From: an uncultured Staphylococcaceae bacterium
Lineage (GTDB): Bacteria; Bacillota_I; Bacilli_A; RFN20; CAG-826
NCBI GenBank assembly: GCA_964392865.1
Contig: CAYMRJ010000004.1
Location: 1-37,729, forward strand
DNA length: 37,729 bases
Reading direction: 5' to 3'
Part shown: piece after piece, positions 22,547 through 32,608 of the stretch
How the letters are laid out: every line of letters starts with the position of its first letter
Numbering within the stretch: position 1 is the stretch's first letter
Program-made: the position numbers and the translations under genes
Notes under the pieces: model-generated
Databases searched by the model: none
What the model was told of the DNA's origin: nothing
The model's input: the letters and a program-made list of their open reading frames with translations, nothing else

Positions 22547-23715
22547 AGATAGACCTCCGTCGCCCCGACCGGGGGAATGCCGACCTCGACGCAGGAACCA
22601 GGCCCGTAGACTTTCCTCATCTTCTCCAAGAAGGGCTTTATTTCTTCAGGATAAAGGAAATTTAAAGTAGTGCCGGCGAACCCGCCGCCCATGAGCCGGC
22701 AGGCCCCTCTCTTCAAGATGGTGGCCGCCAGTTCAACGGCCTCGAGGGGCGACTGCCTATACTTCCCGGGGACCATGGCGTTCTTGAGAAGATAGACGCT
22801 CGAAAGCCCGGACTCGCGGATGAGTTCCAAGAAGGCCATCTCGTTCTTTTCTTTGATAGCAGCCACGGCCCTACGCACGCGCCTATTCTCTTCATAGAAA
22901 TGGACGGCCCGCTTCTTCTGAAGATCGCTTAAGGGGCACTCTTCCTCCCGGATGAGGGGATAGAGTTCCTCTTCCGGAACCTCGGATAATTGTTTCTTGC
23001 CGAACAACTCCGCCACCGTTTTCATGTCTTCGGGGATGGAAGCGTAGTAATGCGTGAGTTTCCCATGCCCTTGCCCGGGATTGACCAAGACGATGCTTAT
23101 GTCTTCGAATGGCCATTCGAGGCTCTCCAGCTTGGCCTCAGGCCCCGAAAAATCGATGTGGCTAAGGCCCCCGAAGGAGGCCCCGCATTGATCCAAAAGG
23201 CCGCTAGGCTTAAGGAAATAGACGTTTTCGCTATATTGGCCGATCAAAGCCAGATCCATGCGGCTTATTTTCCCATCGTTGAACAATCGGTTGATGATTT
23301 CGCCGATCATGAGCTCGAAGGCCGCCGAGCTCGAAACCCCGGCGCCCCGGAAGATATCGCTATGCATGACGGCGCTGAAGCCGCCGATCTTCCTTCCCAA
23401 TCTGGCCGCTCCGGCCACCACGCCCTTGGCAAGGGCCTGGGTCTTGCCTTTTTCTTCTTCCTTCAGGGCCAATTCGTCGAGCGTGAAGTAATAGCGCCCA
23501 TAGCCGATCGATTCGATATCGATCAGGCGGTCGTTTCTTTTTATGACGGCGGCCTTGATGCCCAAGGTCGTCGGAGAGACCAAGACCTCGCCGCCGTTAT
23601 GGTCGGTGTGGTTGCCTAGGATCTCGAGGCGCCCGGGCGCGAAGAAATAGCGGACCTCGCCTTTGACTCCGTTATGAAGGAGACGCTCCTTCAGGGCCCC
23701 GTAATCAAATTCCAT
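22543..23715 (-). CDS. galK: Galactokinase (GHMP kinase)
   Basis: GRLEILGNHTDHNGG is the galactokinase signature and GAGVSSSAAFE is the GHMP ATP-binding motif. Confidence 0.85.
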   Translation of the reverse strand: MEFDYGALKERLLHNGVKGEVRYFFAPGRLEILGNHTDHNGGEVLVSPTTLGIKAAVIKRNDRLIDIESIGYGRYYFTLDELALKEEEKGKTQALAKGVVAGAARLGRKIGGFSAVMHSDIFRGAGVSSSAAFELMIGEIINRLFNDGKISRMDLALIGQYSENVYFLKPSGLLDQCGASFGGLSHIDFSGPEAKLESLEWPFEDISIVLVNPGQGHGKLTHYYASIPEDMKTVAELFGKKQLSEVPEEELYPLIREEECPLSDLQKKRAVHFYEENRRVRRAVAAIKEKNEMAFLELIRESGLSSVYLLKNAMVPGKYRQSPLEAVELAATILKRGACRLMGGGFAGTTLNFLYPEEIKPFLEKMRKVYGPGSCVEVGIPPVGATEVYL

Positions 23716-25198
23716 AGCCGAGTCCCGAAAGGAACCTTTCTAGGCCTTTGCGGCCTTTTTCGTCTTTCTTATAGACGGCGACGTTATCGAGTATGAGGCG
23801 GCAGACCCCGGCGATATAGGCCTTCGAGGAAATCCCGGCCTTAAGGGAATTGAACATTCCTTTGAAGGCCTCGAGATCGGGATGCTCTTTGACCAATGTC
23901 TGGAAACTCGTGCCTTTCTTGGCGGCTTCTTCGACCAAGGCCGTCTGCCTCTTCAGGCGCCCCGGCAATATGAATAAGCCGGCAGCCTCTATCAGGCCGA
24001 TCCCTTCCTGCTTGATATGGCTATATTCCTTATGGGCATGGAAGATGCCGCCCGGATGCTCTTGGCTGGTCCTATTGTTCCTAAGAATCACATAGAGGCG
24101 GTATTCATCGCCGACTTTCTTAGCGATTATAGTCGAAGTCGAGTGCTGCCCTTCGGAATCGCTAGAGATGATTTCGTTACCGATATCGTCGTATTTCTTC
24201 CAGGCTTCGTGGATTTTGACGCATTCCTTCAGGAGCTTCTGCCTGTCCTTGGAAACAAGGCAGAGGCAGGTATCGTAGAAATCGACTTCGTGTAGATGGA
24301 CGTCGGGATCCTTGCAAGCGAATTCCTGTTTGAAAGAAGCCCTTAGGAGCGGAAGCTCATGGGCCCCGCCCTGGAAGTGCTCGTGATTGAGGATGCTGCC
24401 CCCGACGATCGGGAGATCGCTATTGGACCCCATGAAGTAATGGGGGAACTTCTCGACGAAGGATAGAAGCGAATCGATCGAGAAGGCATCGACCTTCATG
24501 GGAACGTGTTCCTGAAGGAAGAGGATGCAGTGTTCCGGGTAATAGACGTAAGGCGAATACTGGAGGTACCAGGTCTTGCCCGATAGCTCCAAGGGGATGT
24601 ATCTGAGATTGCCTCTGCTAGGATGCCCGGGCCGCCCGGCATAGCCTTCGTTTTCGGGACAAAGCAGGCACTTGGGGTAGCCCGTATCGACTCTGTTCCT
24701 AGCGGCCGCGATTTCAGCATTGCTCTTCTCGGGCTTGCTGAGGTTTATAGAAATCTCGAGCGAAGGCCCCTTTTCGAACTTCCCGCCGAAAAGGATGTTC
24801 TTATCGACGCGCGACTTCTTGACGTAATCGTTGGCGATCGAAAGGGCGTAAAGGTAATCCGTGGCCTTGGCCGGATCCTCGGCGTAGCGCTTCTGGAATT
24901 CATCGATGACCTTGCTAGGAAGCGGGCTGATGAGGCCCATGAGGGCGTCGGTCTTCCTTTCGGCTTCGTCGCCATCCATGCCATCGGCGATGAGCCCTTC
25001 CCTCAAAGGTTCCAAGATGGCATCGGGCACCAAAAGCCCCTCGATGGCGCTTTTATCGATTTCGCCATCGTAGGCGGCATCGCATCCCAGTTCCTTGAGC
25101 AGGAGATTGCGGACATAGACCGCATCTCTCTTATCGAGGCCCAGATGGCTACGGCCGTAGGCCAATAGTTCTTCGACGGCTTTCTCTTTATATCCCAT
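23705..25198 (-). CDS. galT: Galactose-1-phosphate uridylyltransferase, type 2 (Gram-positive long form)
   Basis: The motifs are GYPKCLLCPENEGYAGRPGHPSRGNLR, QYSPYVYYPEHCI and ILNHEHFQGG. The preferred ATG at 25198 has a GGGGGAAGGA RBS. The track start at 25261 overlaps galM. Confidence 0.85.
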   Translation of the reverse strand: MGYKEKAVEELLAYGRSHLGLDKRDAVYVRNLLLKELGCDAAYDGEIDKSAIEGLLVPDAILEPLREGLIADGMDGDEAERKTDALMGLISPLPSKVIDEFQKRYAEDPAKATDYLYALSIANDYVKKSRVDKNILFGGKFEKGPSLEISINLSKPEKSNAEIAAARNRVDTGYPKCLLCPENEGYAGRPGHPSRGNLRYIPLELSGKTWYLQYSPYVYYPEHCILFLQEHVPMKVDAFSIDSLLSFVEKFPHYFMGSNSDLPIVGGSILNHEHFQGGAHELPLLRASFKQEFACKDPDVHLHEVDFYDTCLCLVSKDRQKLLKECVKIHEAWKKYDDIGNEIISSDSEGQHSTSTIIAKKVGDEYRLYVILRNNRTSQEHPGGIFHAHKEYSHIKQEGIGLIEAAGLFILPGRLKRQTALVEEAAKKGTSFQTLVKEHPDLEAFKGMFNSLKAGISSKAYIAGVCRLILDNVAVYKKDEKGRKGLERFLSGLGYGI

Positions 25199-26177
25199 GC
25201 TTCCTTCCCCCTTCGGCTTTGATCCTGATGATTCTTTTATACGTCTTATTAGGGATTGCAATCATAGAGGCGTAGTCAAGGGGCGCGCTTACAGGTTCTA
25301 GTGCCGCCCCGGCATGGAGAGCGGCCCTCTTGAACGTAAACCCATCTAGATTAGCAGGCTCGAAATTATCGCTATAGAACTGGATGGCCGGGGCGTCGCT
25401 ATATAGCGAGATACTTACTTCGTCCCCTTTTAGGACGGCGACCGGCTCATCGAAAGGATGTTCCCCGATGAGCCAGGCATGGTCGTAGCCATTGGTCCTC
25501 GTCTCATAAAGGCTAGGATGATCGATGTCCTTGCCAACCATTTTGCCTTTCCTGAAATCTGTTATCTCATCGATGTCCTTGAATCCCAAGGGAATCAGGT
25601 CCTTGCGGTAAGTCATGACCTTATCCCCGGGGATGGTCAGTTCCTGATTGAGGATATCCGGACTCCCGCCGGCGTTATAGAAAGCGTGGTTGGTAACGTT
25701 GATGGGACAGGGCTCGCTTACGCTATAACGGAACTCGATAAGGAGTTCGTCCTCCCTAAGGACGTATTCGACTTCGAGTTTCAAATCGCCCGGAAAGGCA
25801 TTGTCGCCGGCCTTGGAAGTTATGCGGAAGATAACCCCATCCTTCGTAGGCTCGGTATCGAAGACCCTGAAGGAAAGATTGTCCGGTCCCCCGTGCAAGG
25901 CGTTTTGGCCTTCGTTAGAAGGGACTTGGAACCTGATGCCCATATAGTCGAAAAGGCCTTGGTCCAATCGGCCGGCGAAGCGCCCGACGCTTCGTCCGTA
26001 GTATTCGTGGCTATCGAGGAAGTCTTCTTCCTTTTGGAGATTGAGGGTTAGAGGAAGGCCCTTATATTCAAGGCGCCATAAAGAAGCCCCTTGGGCCGAG
26101 AGATAGGCCAGCAATCCCCCTTCTTTTCCAATACGGAGAAAGGGGACGCCTTTAACGTGTCTAAGGTTATTTTCCAT
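25188..26177 (-). CDS. galM: Aldose 1-epimerase (galactose mutarotase)
   Basis: It carries the NALHGG motif. Its length, its beta-sandwich-type composition and its position next to galT/galK all fit. Confidence 0.75.
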   Translation of the reverse strand: MENNLRHVKGVPFLRIGKEGGLLAYLSAQGASLWRLEYKGLPLTLNLQKEEDFLDSHEYYGRSVGRFAGRLDQGLFDYMGIRFQVPSNEGQNALHGGPDNLSFRVFDTEPTKDGVIFRITSKAGDNAFPGDLKLEVEYVLREDELLIEFRYSVSEPCPINVTNHAFYNAGGSPDILNQELTIPGDKVMTYRKDLIPLGFKDIDEITDFRKGKMVGKDIDHPSLYETRTNGYDHAWLIGEHPFDEPVAVLKGDEVSISLYSDAPAIQFYSDNFEPANLDGFTFKRAALHAGAALEPVSAPLDYASMIAIPNKTYKRIIRIKAEGGRKHGI

Positions 26178-27294
26178 CTCTTTTCGGAAATGCCGCCCTA
26201 AGTATAGCCTCGGCCTCCTCTTTCTTTAAAGGCGCGCAGGGCAGCACGTGCGCCTGGGCGAGGACGGCCCGCTTGGCGATGTTCCTTATCGCATTGTCAT
26301 CAAGGCTTGCTTCGGGCAGCCCTTCGGCAAAGCTCGCCATCAGGAGTTTGGCGGCTTCGACAAAGGCTTTAGCCTTGTCTTTTTCTTCTTCGCCCATGAG
26401 GTCAACGGAATCATAAAGACGAGCGACTTTGCGGGGCTTTTTCCTAACTAGATGTTCCAGTATTGCGGGGAAAACGCGCATCAAGGTTTCCGTTAAAGAC
26501 GGGCCTTCTTCGACATATGCAATGCCGGCGATGGCAAGGGCAAGGCCGCCTCCGTGGCCCATGTAGCGCCCATTGAGCCTCGCGGCCTTGGCCATCTCGC
26601 CAAGGGCGGCGAAATCGTTCTTCTCGTAGAGGCAGCTTTTGGCATTGCGGAAGCAGATGCCCAAAGCGTTCAGACAATCCTTCTTCAATGGATAGGGCAT
26701 GTAGGAAAGAGAGCCTTCCAAGCTGACAGCAAGCGCCAAGGCCAGGCCGTCCTTCTTCTCTTCGCCATGGAAGAAGCTAAGGCGCGGCTCGTATATGACC
26801 GCGTCCCCCATGATCTTCGGGCTATGGTAGAAGGCTCTTCCCCTTGGGGTCTTCAAGAGGGCAATCCCGGAATATTCGTATCCGCCCAAGGGGCAGGTAG
26901 GCAATAAGGCGAGGAATGGCCCTTTCCGCATGGGCCTAAGATGCCCTTCGTAGGCGTAGGGGCTTTCCTTCGGAGAGGCGATCAGGGCCTTGGCTAGCTT
27001 CCCTATTCCCATGGCCTCGAAGCCTCCGATGGCGATGAGGCAATCGCAGTTCCTCGAGTAATAGGCATTCTTGGCCCTGATGGCCTCGCTCATTCCTTCC
27101 CCGTCCCTAAGGATGAGGATTTCGTAGCGCCGTCCCCCTTCGGACAAAGGGGACAGAAGTTCTTCTTTGATAGGAAGGTCGTTCAAGGATCCGGATAGCA
27201 AGACCAAAGGCCTGAGATACCCGCGGGAGGAAAGCAGGCCGCTAAGGGCCGAAAGCCCGTTCAAGGGCATTTCCGGATTGATCGGCTTGCTCAT
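26167..27294 (-). CDS. Iron-containing alcohol dehydrogenase-fold protein with degenerate motifs
   Basis: CDCLIAIGGFEAMGIGKLAKAL sits in the place of the D.(I/V)IA(I/V)GGGS..D.AK motif, and only one His is seen in the usual H...H metal site (YMGHGGGLALA). The preferred ATG at 27294 overlaps the cls stop as ATGA. Confidence 0.5.
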   Translation of the reverse strand: MSKPINPEMPLNGLSALSGLLSSRGYLRPLVLLSGSLNDLPIKEELLSPLSEGGRRYEILILRDGEGMSEAIRAKNAYYSRNCDCLIAIGGFEAMGIGKLAKALIASPKESPYAYEGHLRPMRKGPFLALLPTCPLGGYEYSGIALLKTPRGRAFYHSPKIMGDAVIYEPRLSFFHGEEKKDGLALALAVSLEGSLSYMPYPLKKDCLNALGICFRNAKSCLYEKNDFAALGEMAKAARLNGRYMGHGGGLALAIAGIAYVEEGPSLTETLMRVFPAILEHLVRKKPRKVARLYDSVDLMGEEEKDKAKAFVEAAKLLMASFAEGLPEASLDDNAIRNIAKRAVLAQAHVLPCAPLKKEEAEAILRAAFPKRDGK

Positions 27295-28859
27295 AGGAAG
27301 GGTGAGAGAAGCGAAAGGAGGCCGTCGAAGAGGCGCTTGCCGCGCTGGTTCTTCTTCCACTCTTCGTAAGTCATCTCGTGGCTTTCTTCGAAGGTCTTCA
27401 TGAAGTCGTCTTTGATATCGTGGAGAGCCGAATTCCCGACGAGGTAGACGCCGTTTTCGAAGTGGAGGTACAAGGAGCGGTAATCGAGGTTCATGGTCCC
27501 GACGCTTCCCATCCGATCGTCGACCAGGAAGGTCTTGCTATGGACGAAGCCCGGGGTATAGCGGTAGACCCTGACCCCATGCTCAAGAAGCGGACCGCAG
27601 TTCCTGATAGTGAGCCTATAAACGAGTTTCTTATCCGGGATTTCCGGGATGAGGATTCTGATGTCCTTCCCTTCGTCCGCGGCTTGGCAGATGGCATTCC
27701 TGAGCTGGCTATCGATGATGAGATAGGGCGTCATGATGTAGCAGTACTTCCGAGCCTGCGAGATGAGGGAAATGTAGAAGCGTTCCCCGACCGCCTGCTT
27801 ATCGCCCGGATAGTCGGCATAAGGCGCCACGAAGCCGGCATCGCCCGGAAAGCCCCCGATCTCATCGATATAGGTAACGGGCCTATAGGACTCGAAATCG
27901 AGGTCCTTGCTCTTGCCTTTCACAACCGACCAAGTCGCAAGGAACATGAGGGTCAGGCCATAGGTGCCTTGGCCCTTTAGCATCACGCAGTTGTCCTTCC
28001 AGACGCCGAAGCGCTTCTTTTCGTTGATGTACTCGTCGGCGATGTTGATGCCGCCGGTAAAGGAAGTATGCCCGTCGATGACGAGAATCTTCCGGTGGTC
28101 GCGGTTGTTCATCCGGACGTTCAAAGCCGGGCGGAACTTGTTGAAGCGGTAGCAGGCGATCCCCTTTTTCCTCAGTTCTTCGTCGAACTTCACAGGCAAA
28201 GTGGAGATGGACCCGAAGTCATCGTAGATGACCCGGACATCCACCCCTTCTTTGGCCTTTCTTTCCAAGATTTCCAAGATGGAGTTCAAGAACTTCCCCG
28301 GCTCCAAAATGAAGTACTCCATGAAGATGTAGTGCTTCGCCTTATTGAGTTCCCTGATGATGACGGGATAGGCATCTTCCCCGATGGGGAAATATTGGAC
28401 CTTGGTATTTTCGTAGATGCCGGTATTGCTAGACTTCTGCAGATAGCGGGCGATGCCGACGGCATCCGGATAATAGGCCCCGAGGCGATTCTCCGTTTCC
28501 GGGAGGATCGGGTCGCTATGGAAGACGTCCTTGAAGCGCTTCAAGAGCTTCCGGCTCTTCCTCGTCAGCTTCTTGTTGGCGAAGACGAAGTAGAAGACGC
28601 TTCCCAAAAACGGGAAGGCACCTACGATGAAGAGCCAGCTGATCTTATAGGGATCGGGCACATCGGTATTGACGATGTAGGCCATAAGAAGGATGTCGTA
28701 GATAAAGACCCCAAAGATGAAGGGAATCGCCCAAGTCGATTCGATGACCGCGGTCGCGAAGAGATAGACGAGCGCGATCAAAAGGGCGAATTCCAAAAGG
28801 AAGATGATGGCGATGAGTAGCTTCGGGAAGAAGCCCTTCTTGAAGAAACGCTTGATCAC
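27291..28859 (-). CDS. cls: Cardiolipin synthase (two PLD HKD motifs)
   Basis: Two N-terminal TM helices are present. The HKD motifs are HRKILVIDG....GGINIADEY and HSKTFLVDD....GTMNLDYRS. Confidence 0.9.
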   Translation of the reverse strand: MIKRFFKKGFFPKLLIAIIFLLEFALLIALVYLFATAVIESTWAIPFIFGVFIYDILLMAYIVNTDVPDPYKISWLFIVGAFPFLGSVFYFVFANKKLTRKSRKLLKRFKDVFHSDPILPETENRLGAYYPDAVGIARYLQKSSNTGIYENTKVQYFPIGEDAYPVIIRELNKAKHYIFMEYFILEPGKFLNSILEILERKAKEGVDVRVIYDDFGSISTLPVKFDEELRKKGIACYRFNKFRPALNVRMNNRDHRKILVIDGHTSFTGGINIADEYINEKKRFGVWKDNCVMLKGQGTYGLTLMFLATWSVVKGKSKDLDFESYRPVTYIDEIGGFPGDAGFVAPYADYPGDKQAVGERFYISLISQARKYCYIMTPYLIIDSQLRNAICQAADEGKDIRILIPEIPDKKLVYRLTIRNCGPLLEHGVRVYRYTPGFVHSKTFLVDDRMGSVGTMNLDYRSLYLHFENGVYLVGNSALHDIKDDFMKTFEESHEMTYEEWKKNQRGKRLFDGLLSLLSPFL

Positions 28860-29347
28860 AGGTCTATCTCCAAGGTCGCGACCGCGAGATCGAATTCGCC
28901 GCTAGGGGTTTCGTCAAAGGAAAACTCGATCCTATCGATATAGGTCTCGTAATAGGGGAACCGGTACATGGAGTAGCCCTCATAGGCTTCCAGTTCCGCT
29001 TCGTAGCGCTTTTCTTCGCCTACATAGGCGTAGGCGGTGCAGGCAGAGGCATCGATATCGCCATAGACCACGGCGACCTTGACGGAAAGCTCGCTCACGG
29101 TCGGCGAAATATAGACTATCGGGTCGCCTGTTTCTTCCGCTGCCGATACGGCCCAGTCGCCGTCGCTATAGCGGGTCAAATCGACCAGCTTGGCCGTTGA
29201 GTGCATGTAGTCCCTAAGTCCCCTTTCGGGGAAATAGCCTTGGCAAAGATAAAGAATGCCGAACGCCAAAACATAGGCTCCGCCGATCCCGCCGAGGCCA
29301 AGCAAGAGATTGCGGCTCTTCTTCTTTATGGCTTTTCGACCTCCCAA
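28856..29347 (-). CDS. N-terminally membrane-anchored protein, unknown function
   Basis: The TTG start overlaps the upstream gene. The protein has a basic N-terminus, one TM helix (LLLGLGGIGGAYVLAFGILYL) and an acidic about 110-aa ectodomain. Confidence 0.5.
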   Translation of the reverse strand: MGGRKAIKKKSRNLLLGLGGIGGAYVLAFGILYLCQGYFPERGLRDYMHSTAKLVDLTRYSDGDWAVSAAEETGDPIVYISPTVSELSVKVAVVYGDIDASACTAYAYVGEEKRYEAELEAYEGYSMYRFPYYETYIDRIEFSFDETPSGEFDLAVATLEIDL

Positions 29348-30270
29348 ACCAGCCCGAAGTGGGACTTGATGTCGCCGTCGTGGGCGCCGTCGTGGTTGAG
29401 GCCCCTAGTCAACTTGGCCATCTCTTCCTTAACGTCCTTGCCTTCCAAGGCCTTGTCCTTCAAAGCCCTGAAGGCCTTGAAGTCAAGGGCGGCCTGGTTC
29501 CAGAGATCGAGGAAGGAAGAATCCCTTTCTTCCCCGGTCACGGGGTCAAGCCAAGGCTCTTTCTTTTCGTTTAGGAAGTCGATGTCCTTGCACTTACCGA
29601 GGTTACGGGGATAGCTCATGATCCAAGGCTCGGACTCTTTCTTGAAAACGAGCTTGATGAGGAAGCGCTTGAAGCCGCTCTTGGAGACGATGAAGCGCTC
29701 CAGGCCTTTGTAGTCCTGGACGCCGCCGGAGAAGCAATCCTCCGGGAGTTCGTCCACCAAGTCGGATTCCTTGGCGGCGGCCGCCCACATCTTGGAAATA
29801 GCGGTCGCTTCCTTCTCCCCTAATTTCAGGGTTAAGTCAGGCCTTAGCTTCAGCTTATGCCTTTTGCGGAATATGACATCGAGAAGGGTCTCGAAGTACA
29901 TATGGGAAAGGCTATAGAGCCGAGATAATTTCGGGTCATAGCTCTTCCCCGACTTATAGAAGATATAGGGGTGGCAGGCCCTATCCATGCAGTAGTGCAA
30001 GAGAAGGCCATCCAGATAGGAAGAAAGGATTTCCTTATCTTCGCTCGTAGAAGCGTACTTGAAGAGAAGCGGATAGAAGTCGGCGGGGTCGATCTTGTGC
30101 AGCCTTCTCCCGAAGGCATCGACCACGCCTTTCACTTCCCTTTTCCTCCAGGGAAGCATGCCGTAAAAGAAGAAGACGTCTGGCCCTTGGCCGCCCACGA
30201 GGGCGGCCTCGGTGGCCTCTTCTTTCAGGACTTCGCTAGCGAAGCAGTAGTGGGTCAATAAGGCCGGCAT
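29326..30270 (-). CDS. Zinc-dependent phospholipase C-like family protein
   Basis: The N-terminus MPALLTHYCFA...GGQGPDVFFFY and later H-rich blocks (LLLHYCMDRACHPYIF) fit the Zn_dep_PLPC-type pattern. Confidence 0.5.
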   Translation of the reverse strand: MPALLTHYCFASEVLKEEATEAALVGGQGPDVFFFYGMLPWRKREVKGVVDAFGRRLHKIDPADFYPLLFKYASTSEDKEILSSYLDGLLLHYCMDRACHPYIFYKSGKSYDPKLSRLYSLSHMYFETLLDVIFRKRHKLKLRPDLTLKLGEKEATAISKMWAAAAKESDLVDELPEDCFSGGVQDYKGLERFIVSKSGFKRFLIKLVFKKESEPWIMSYPRNLGKCKDIDFLNEKKEPWLDPVTGEERDSSFLDLWNQAALDFKAFRALKDKALEGKDVKEEMAKLTRGLNHDGAHDGDIKSHFGLVWEVEKP

Positions 30271-30273
30271 GGC

Positions 30274-31710
30274 TTATAGGACGTCCTGGACTTGGATCTC
30301 GTGGGGTTTGTCTTCCCTATGGCCAAGGTCTTTGACCTTCGGGGTCTTCACAAAGAGGAAGACGATGAGAGATAGGCCCATGAGGACGGTGGAGTAGATC
30401 ATGAGGACCTTCCATTCGCCGGTCATGGTAAGAATGCCGCCGATGAGGATCGGGGTGATCGATTGGGCGAGCATGGAAGCCGCATAGTAGTAGCCGGTGA
30501 ATTTGCCGACATGCTCTTTGGAGCAAAGCTCCACGACCATCGGGAAGGAGCAGACGTTGATGAAGGCCCAGCCGATGCCGGCGATGACGAAGACGAAGTA
30601 GAAGGCGACCGGGAAGGTGTAGTAGGTGGAGTCGGTCTTGTAGACGTAGGTCGGGTTGATGAAGATGGCCCAGAAAAGCGCGGCGAAGATAAGGGCAAGG
30701 CCGATGACGATCGTCCACTTCCTTCCGATCTTCTCGGAAACGAAGCCCCCGGCCATGAAGGCGACGAAGGAAGTAAGGGAGAGAATGATTGTCCCGGTCG
30801 AGACGTCGCCCGATTCGACGCCCAGATAGAAGATGCCGTAGTTGGTGATGAAGGTTTCGACGGCGTTGAAGGCCATGAACCAGAGGACCTCGGCGGCCAA
30901 GATGAGCCAAAGGGTCTTCTTGTTCGATTTGGTCATCGGGGCGTCGTCGCTGACCTCGTCGAGGGTTTCGCTGTACTTCTCCCCTCTTTCGAGTTCGGGG
31001 GCGACTTCTTCCGCGATCTTGTTCTCGTTGAAGCAGAAGAAAAGGATGAGGCAGGTGATGATCATCAGGACGCTGGCCACGAGGAAGGGCGTCATGATGA
31101 TCCAGAGATTGCCGCTATCCTGGAAGTCGGTGAATTGGAGGAACATGGCGAGGCCGCTCCCCAGAATCCCGCCGACGAAGCCGATGGTATTGATGATGGC
31201 GTTGGCCCTGCTCCTAAGAGGCTTCGGGGTCACGTCCGGCATGAGGGCGACCGCGGGATTGCGGTACATCATCATGAAGATGACGACGACGGCCATGATG
31301 GCGATCATCCCGATGAGGTTGTTGTAGTAGTAAAGAAGGGGGATGAAGGGGAAGGCGATGGCCGAAACGACGGTCCCGACGAGGATGTAGGGCATCCTCT
31401 TCCCGATCTTGGTATGGGTCTTGTCGCTTAGGCGCCCGAATATCGGGAGCAAGAAGAAGGCCGCGATATTGTCGATGGCCATGACGATGCCGACCAGGTA
31501 CTGGACCTGGATGTAGGCTTCGCTCTTCTCGTTGCTGACGTCCAATCCCATCGCATCGGCGAAGAGATCGCTAAGCATCGGGGAGCAATAGGAGTTGTAG
31601 ACCTGCCAAAGCAGCAAGATGCCGAAGAAGGCTAAGGATATGATGATGATCCGCTTGTAGTTGAGGCGGAATCCGGCGGCCGCGGGGCCGCTTTTAGCTG
31701 TGCTTGCCAT
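30274..31710 (-). CDS. MFS transporter (GPH/SLC45-like sugar transporter)
   Basis: It has about 12 TM helices. FGRLSDKTHTKIGKRMPYILVG resembles the G.LSD......GRR.P(F/Y)(I/L) motif of glycoside/SLC45-type carriers. Confidence 0.7.
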   Translation of the reverse strand: MASTAKSGPAAAGFRLNYKRIIIISLAFFGILLLWQVYNSYCSPMLSDLFADAMGLDVSNEKSEAYIQVQYLVGIVMAIDNIAAFFLLPIFGRLSDKTHTKIGKRMPYILVGTVVSAIAFPFIPLLYYYNNLIGMIAIMAVVVIFMMMYRNPAVALMPDVTPKPLRSRANAIINTIGFVGGILGSGLAMFLQFTDFQDSGNLWIIMTPFLVASVLMIITCLILFFCFNENKIAEEVAPELERGEKYSETLDEVSDDAPMTKSNKKTLWLILAAEVLWFMAFNAVETFITNYGIFYLGVESGDVSTGTIILSLTSFVAFMAGGFVSEKIGRKWTIVIGLALIFAALFWAIFINPTYVYKTDSTYYTFPVAFYFVFVIAGIGWAFINVCSFPMVVELCSKEHVGKFTGYYYAASMLAQSITPILIGGILTMTGEWKVLMIYSTVLMGLSLIVFLFVKTPKVKDLGHREDKPHEIQVQDVL

Positions 31711-31770
31711 AATGCCCCTATTGTAATGAGGGAAAATCTCCCCCGAAAGGGGGAAGGAAAAGAGGGCCTA

Positions 31771-32583
31771 CTAGGCCTTCTTCTTCCCGGGCAATAGCCC
31801 GATATAGGCCAAAAAGCAGACCAAACCGGCGGTAGAAAGCAAAGACAAAGCGAAGCCCTGGAGGGTCGAAAAGAAGTAATGAGAATCGAAGTAGGCCATC
31901 GTAACGAAGACCCCGAAGAAATAGGCGATGCCAAGGATAGCAACGGCGATCCCCCCGCATTTGCCGGCCCTGCCGCCTATAAGGGAAAAGAGAACCCCTA
32001 GCAAGGCTAGGAAGAGATAGGCAAGGGCCATATAGAGGGCCTTGGGATTGAAATAGAGACCGTTCGATAACGTCTCTTGCCTAACGAAGACGAAACCCAA
32101 AAGGCAAGAAACGGAAACAGCCAGCAAGATGCCGTAGAAGCGAAGGGAAGGCAGGCTCGGGTTCTTGAAGATGGCCTTGATGGGCCTCATGCCGACCAAG
32201 GCGTAAATCCCCGAAAGCAAATAGCAAAGCGCCGAGGCAATGACGACCCCGAGGAACATCTTCCCGCTGAGGGATCCGAAGGGCCTCGGCCAATCGATGA
32301 CGGTGCAGGCGATGAGGAAGGCAACGTGGATGGCGAAGACCAGAAACGGATATACCTTGACAACAAGCGAACCCGGGCACTTCTTCTCCAAAACGTAGCT
32401 GATGACCGTGAAGAGGATGGTAGAGGCAATCGCGACGATATTGCCGACCAAGACCTCTTCTATATCCCTGGTCAAAAAGGCAGCGATGACGAAAAGGATG
32501 GCACTGGCCAAAGAAAGGCCCGAGAAGTAAAGGAGGCGTTCCTTGCTTTGATCCACGGGGGCTATTGTAAACCTTGGGGGCAA
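31771..32583 (-). CDS. Multi-pass membrane protein, unknown function
   Basis: It has about 8 hydrophobic helices. The start is uncertain: TTG at 32583 or GTG at 32556, with no clear RBS. Confidence 0.5.
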   Translation of the reverse strand: MPPRFTIAPVDQSKERLLYFSGLSLASAILFVIAAFLTRDIEEVLVGNIVAIASTILFTVISYVLEKKCPGSLVVKVYPFLVFAIHVAFLIACTVIDWPRPFGSLSGKMFLGVVIASALCYLLSGIYALVGMRPIKAIFKNPSLPSLRFYGILLAVSVSCLLGFVFVRQETLSNGLYFNPKALYMALAYLFLALLGVLFSLIGGRAGKCGGIAVAILGIAYFFGVFVTMAYFDSHYFFSTLQGFALSLLSTAGLVCFLAYIGLLPGKKKA

Positions 32584-32608
32584 ATAATCGGCAACAACGG
32601 AAAAGGGA

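Noticed and set aside
25199-25261. N-terminal extensions of galT (to 25261), of the Fe-ADH-like gene (27295-27360) and of the T5orf172 gene (1612-1665).
   Set aside because: Internal ATGs with good RBSs, or with ATGA stop/start coupling, give products that begin where family homology begins. The extensions overlap upstream genes or terminators.
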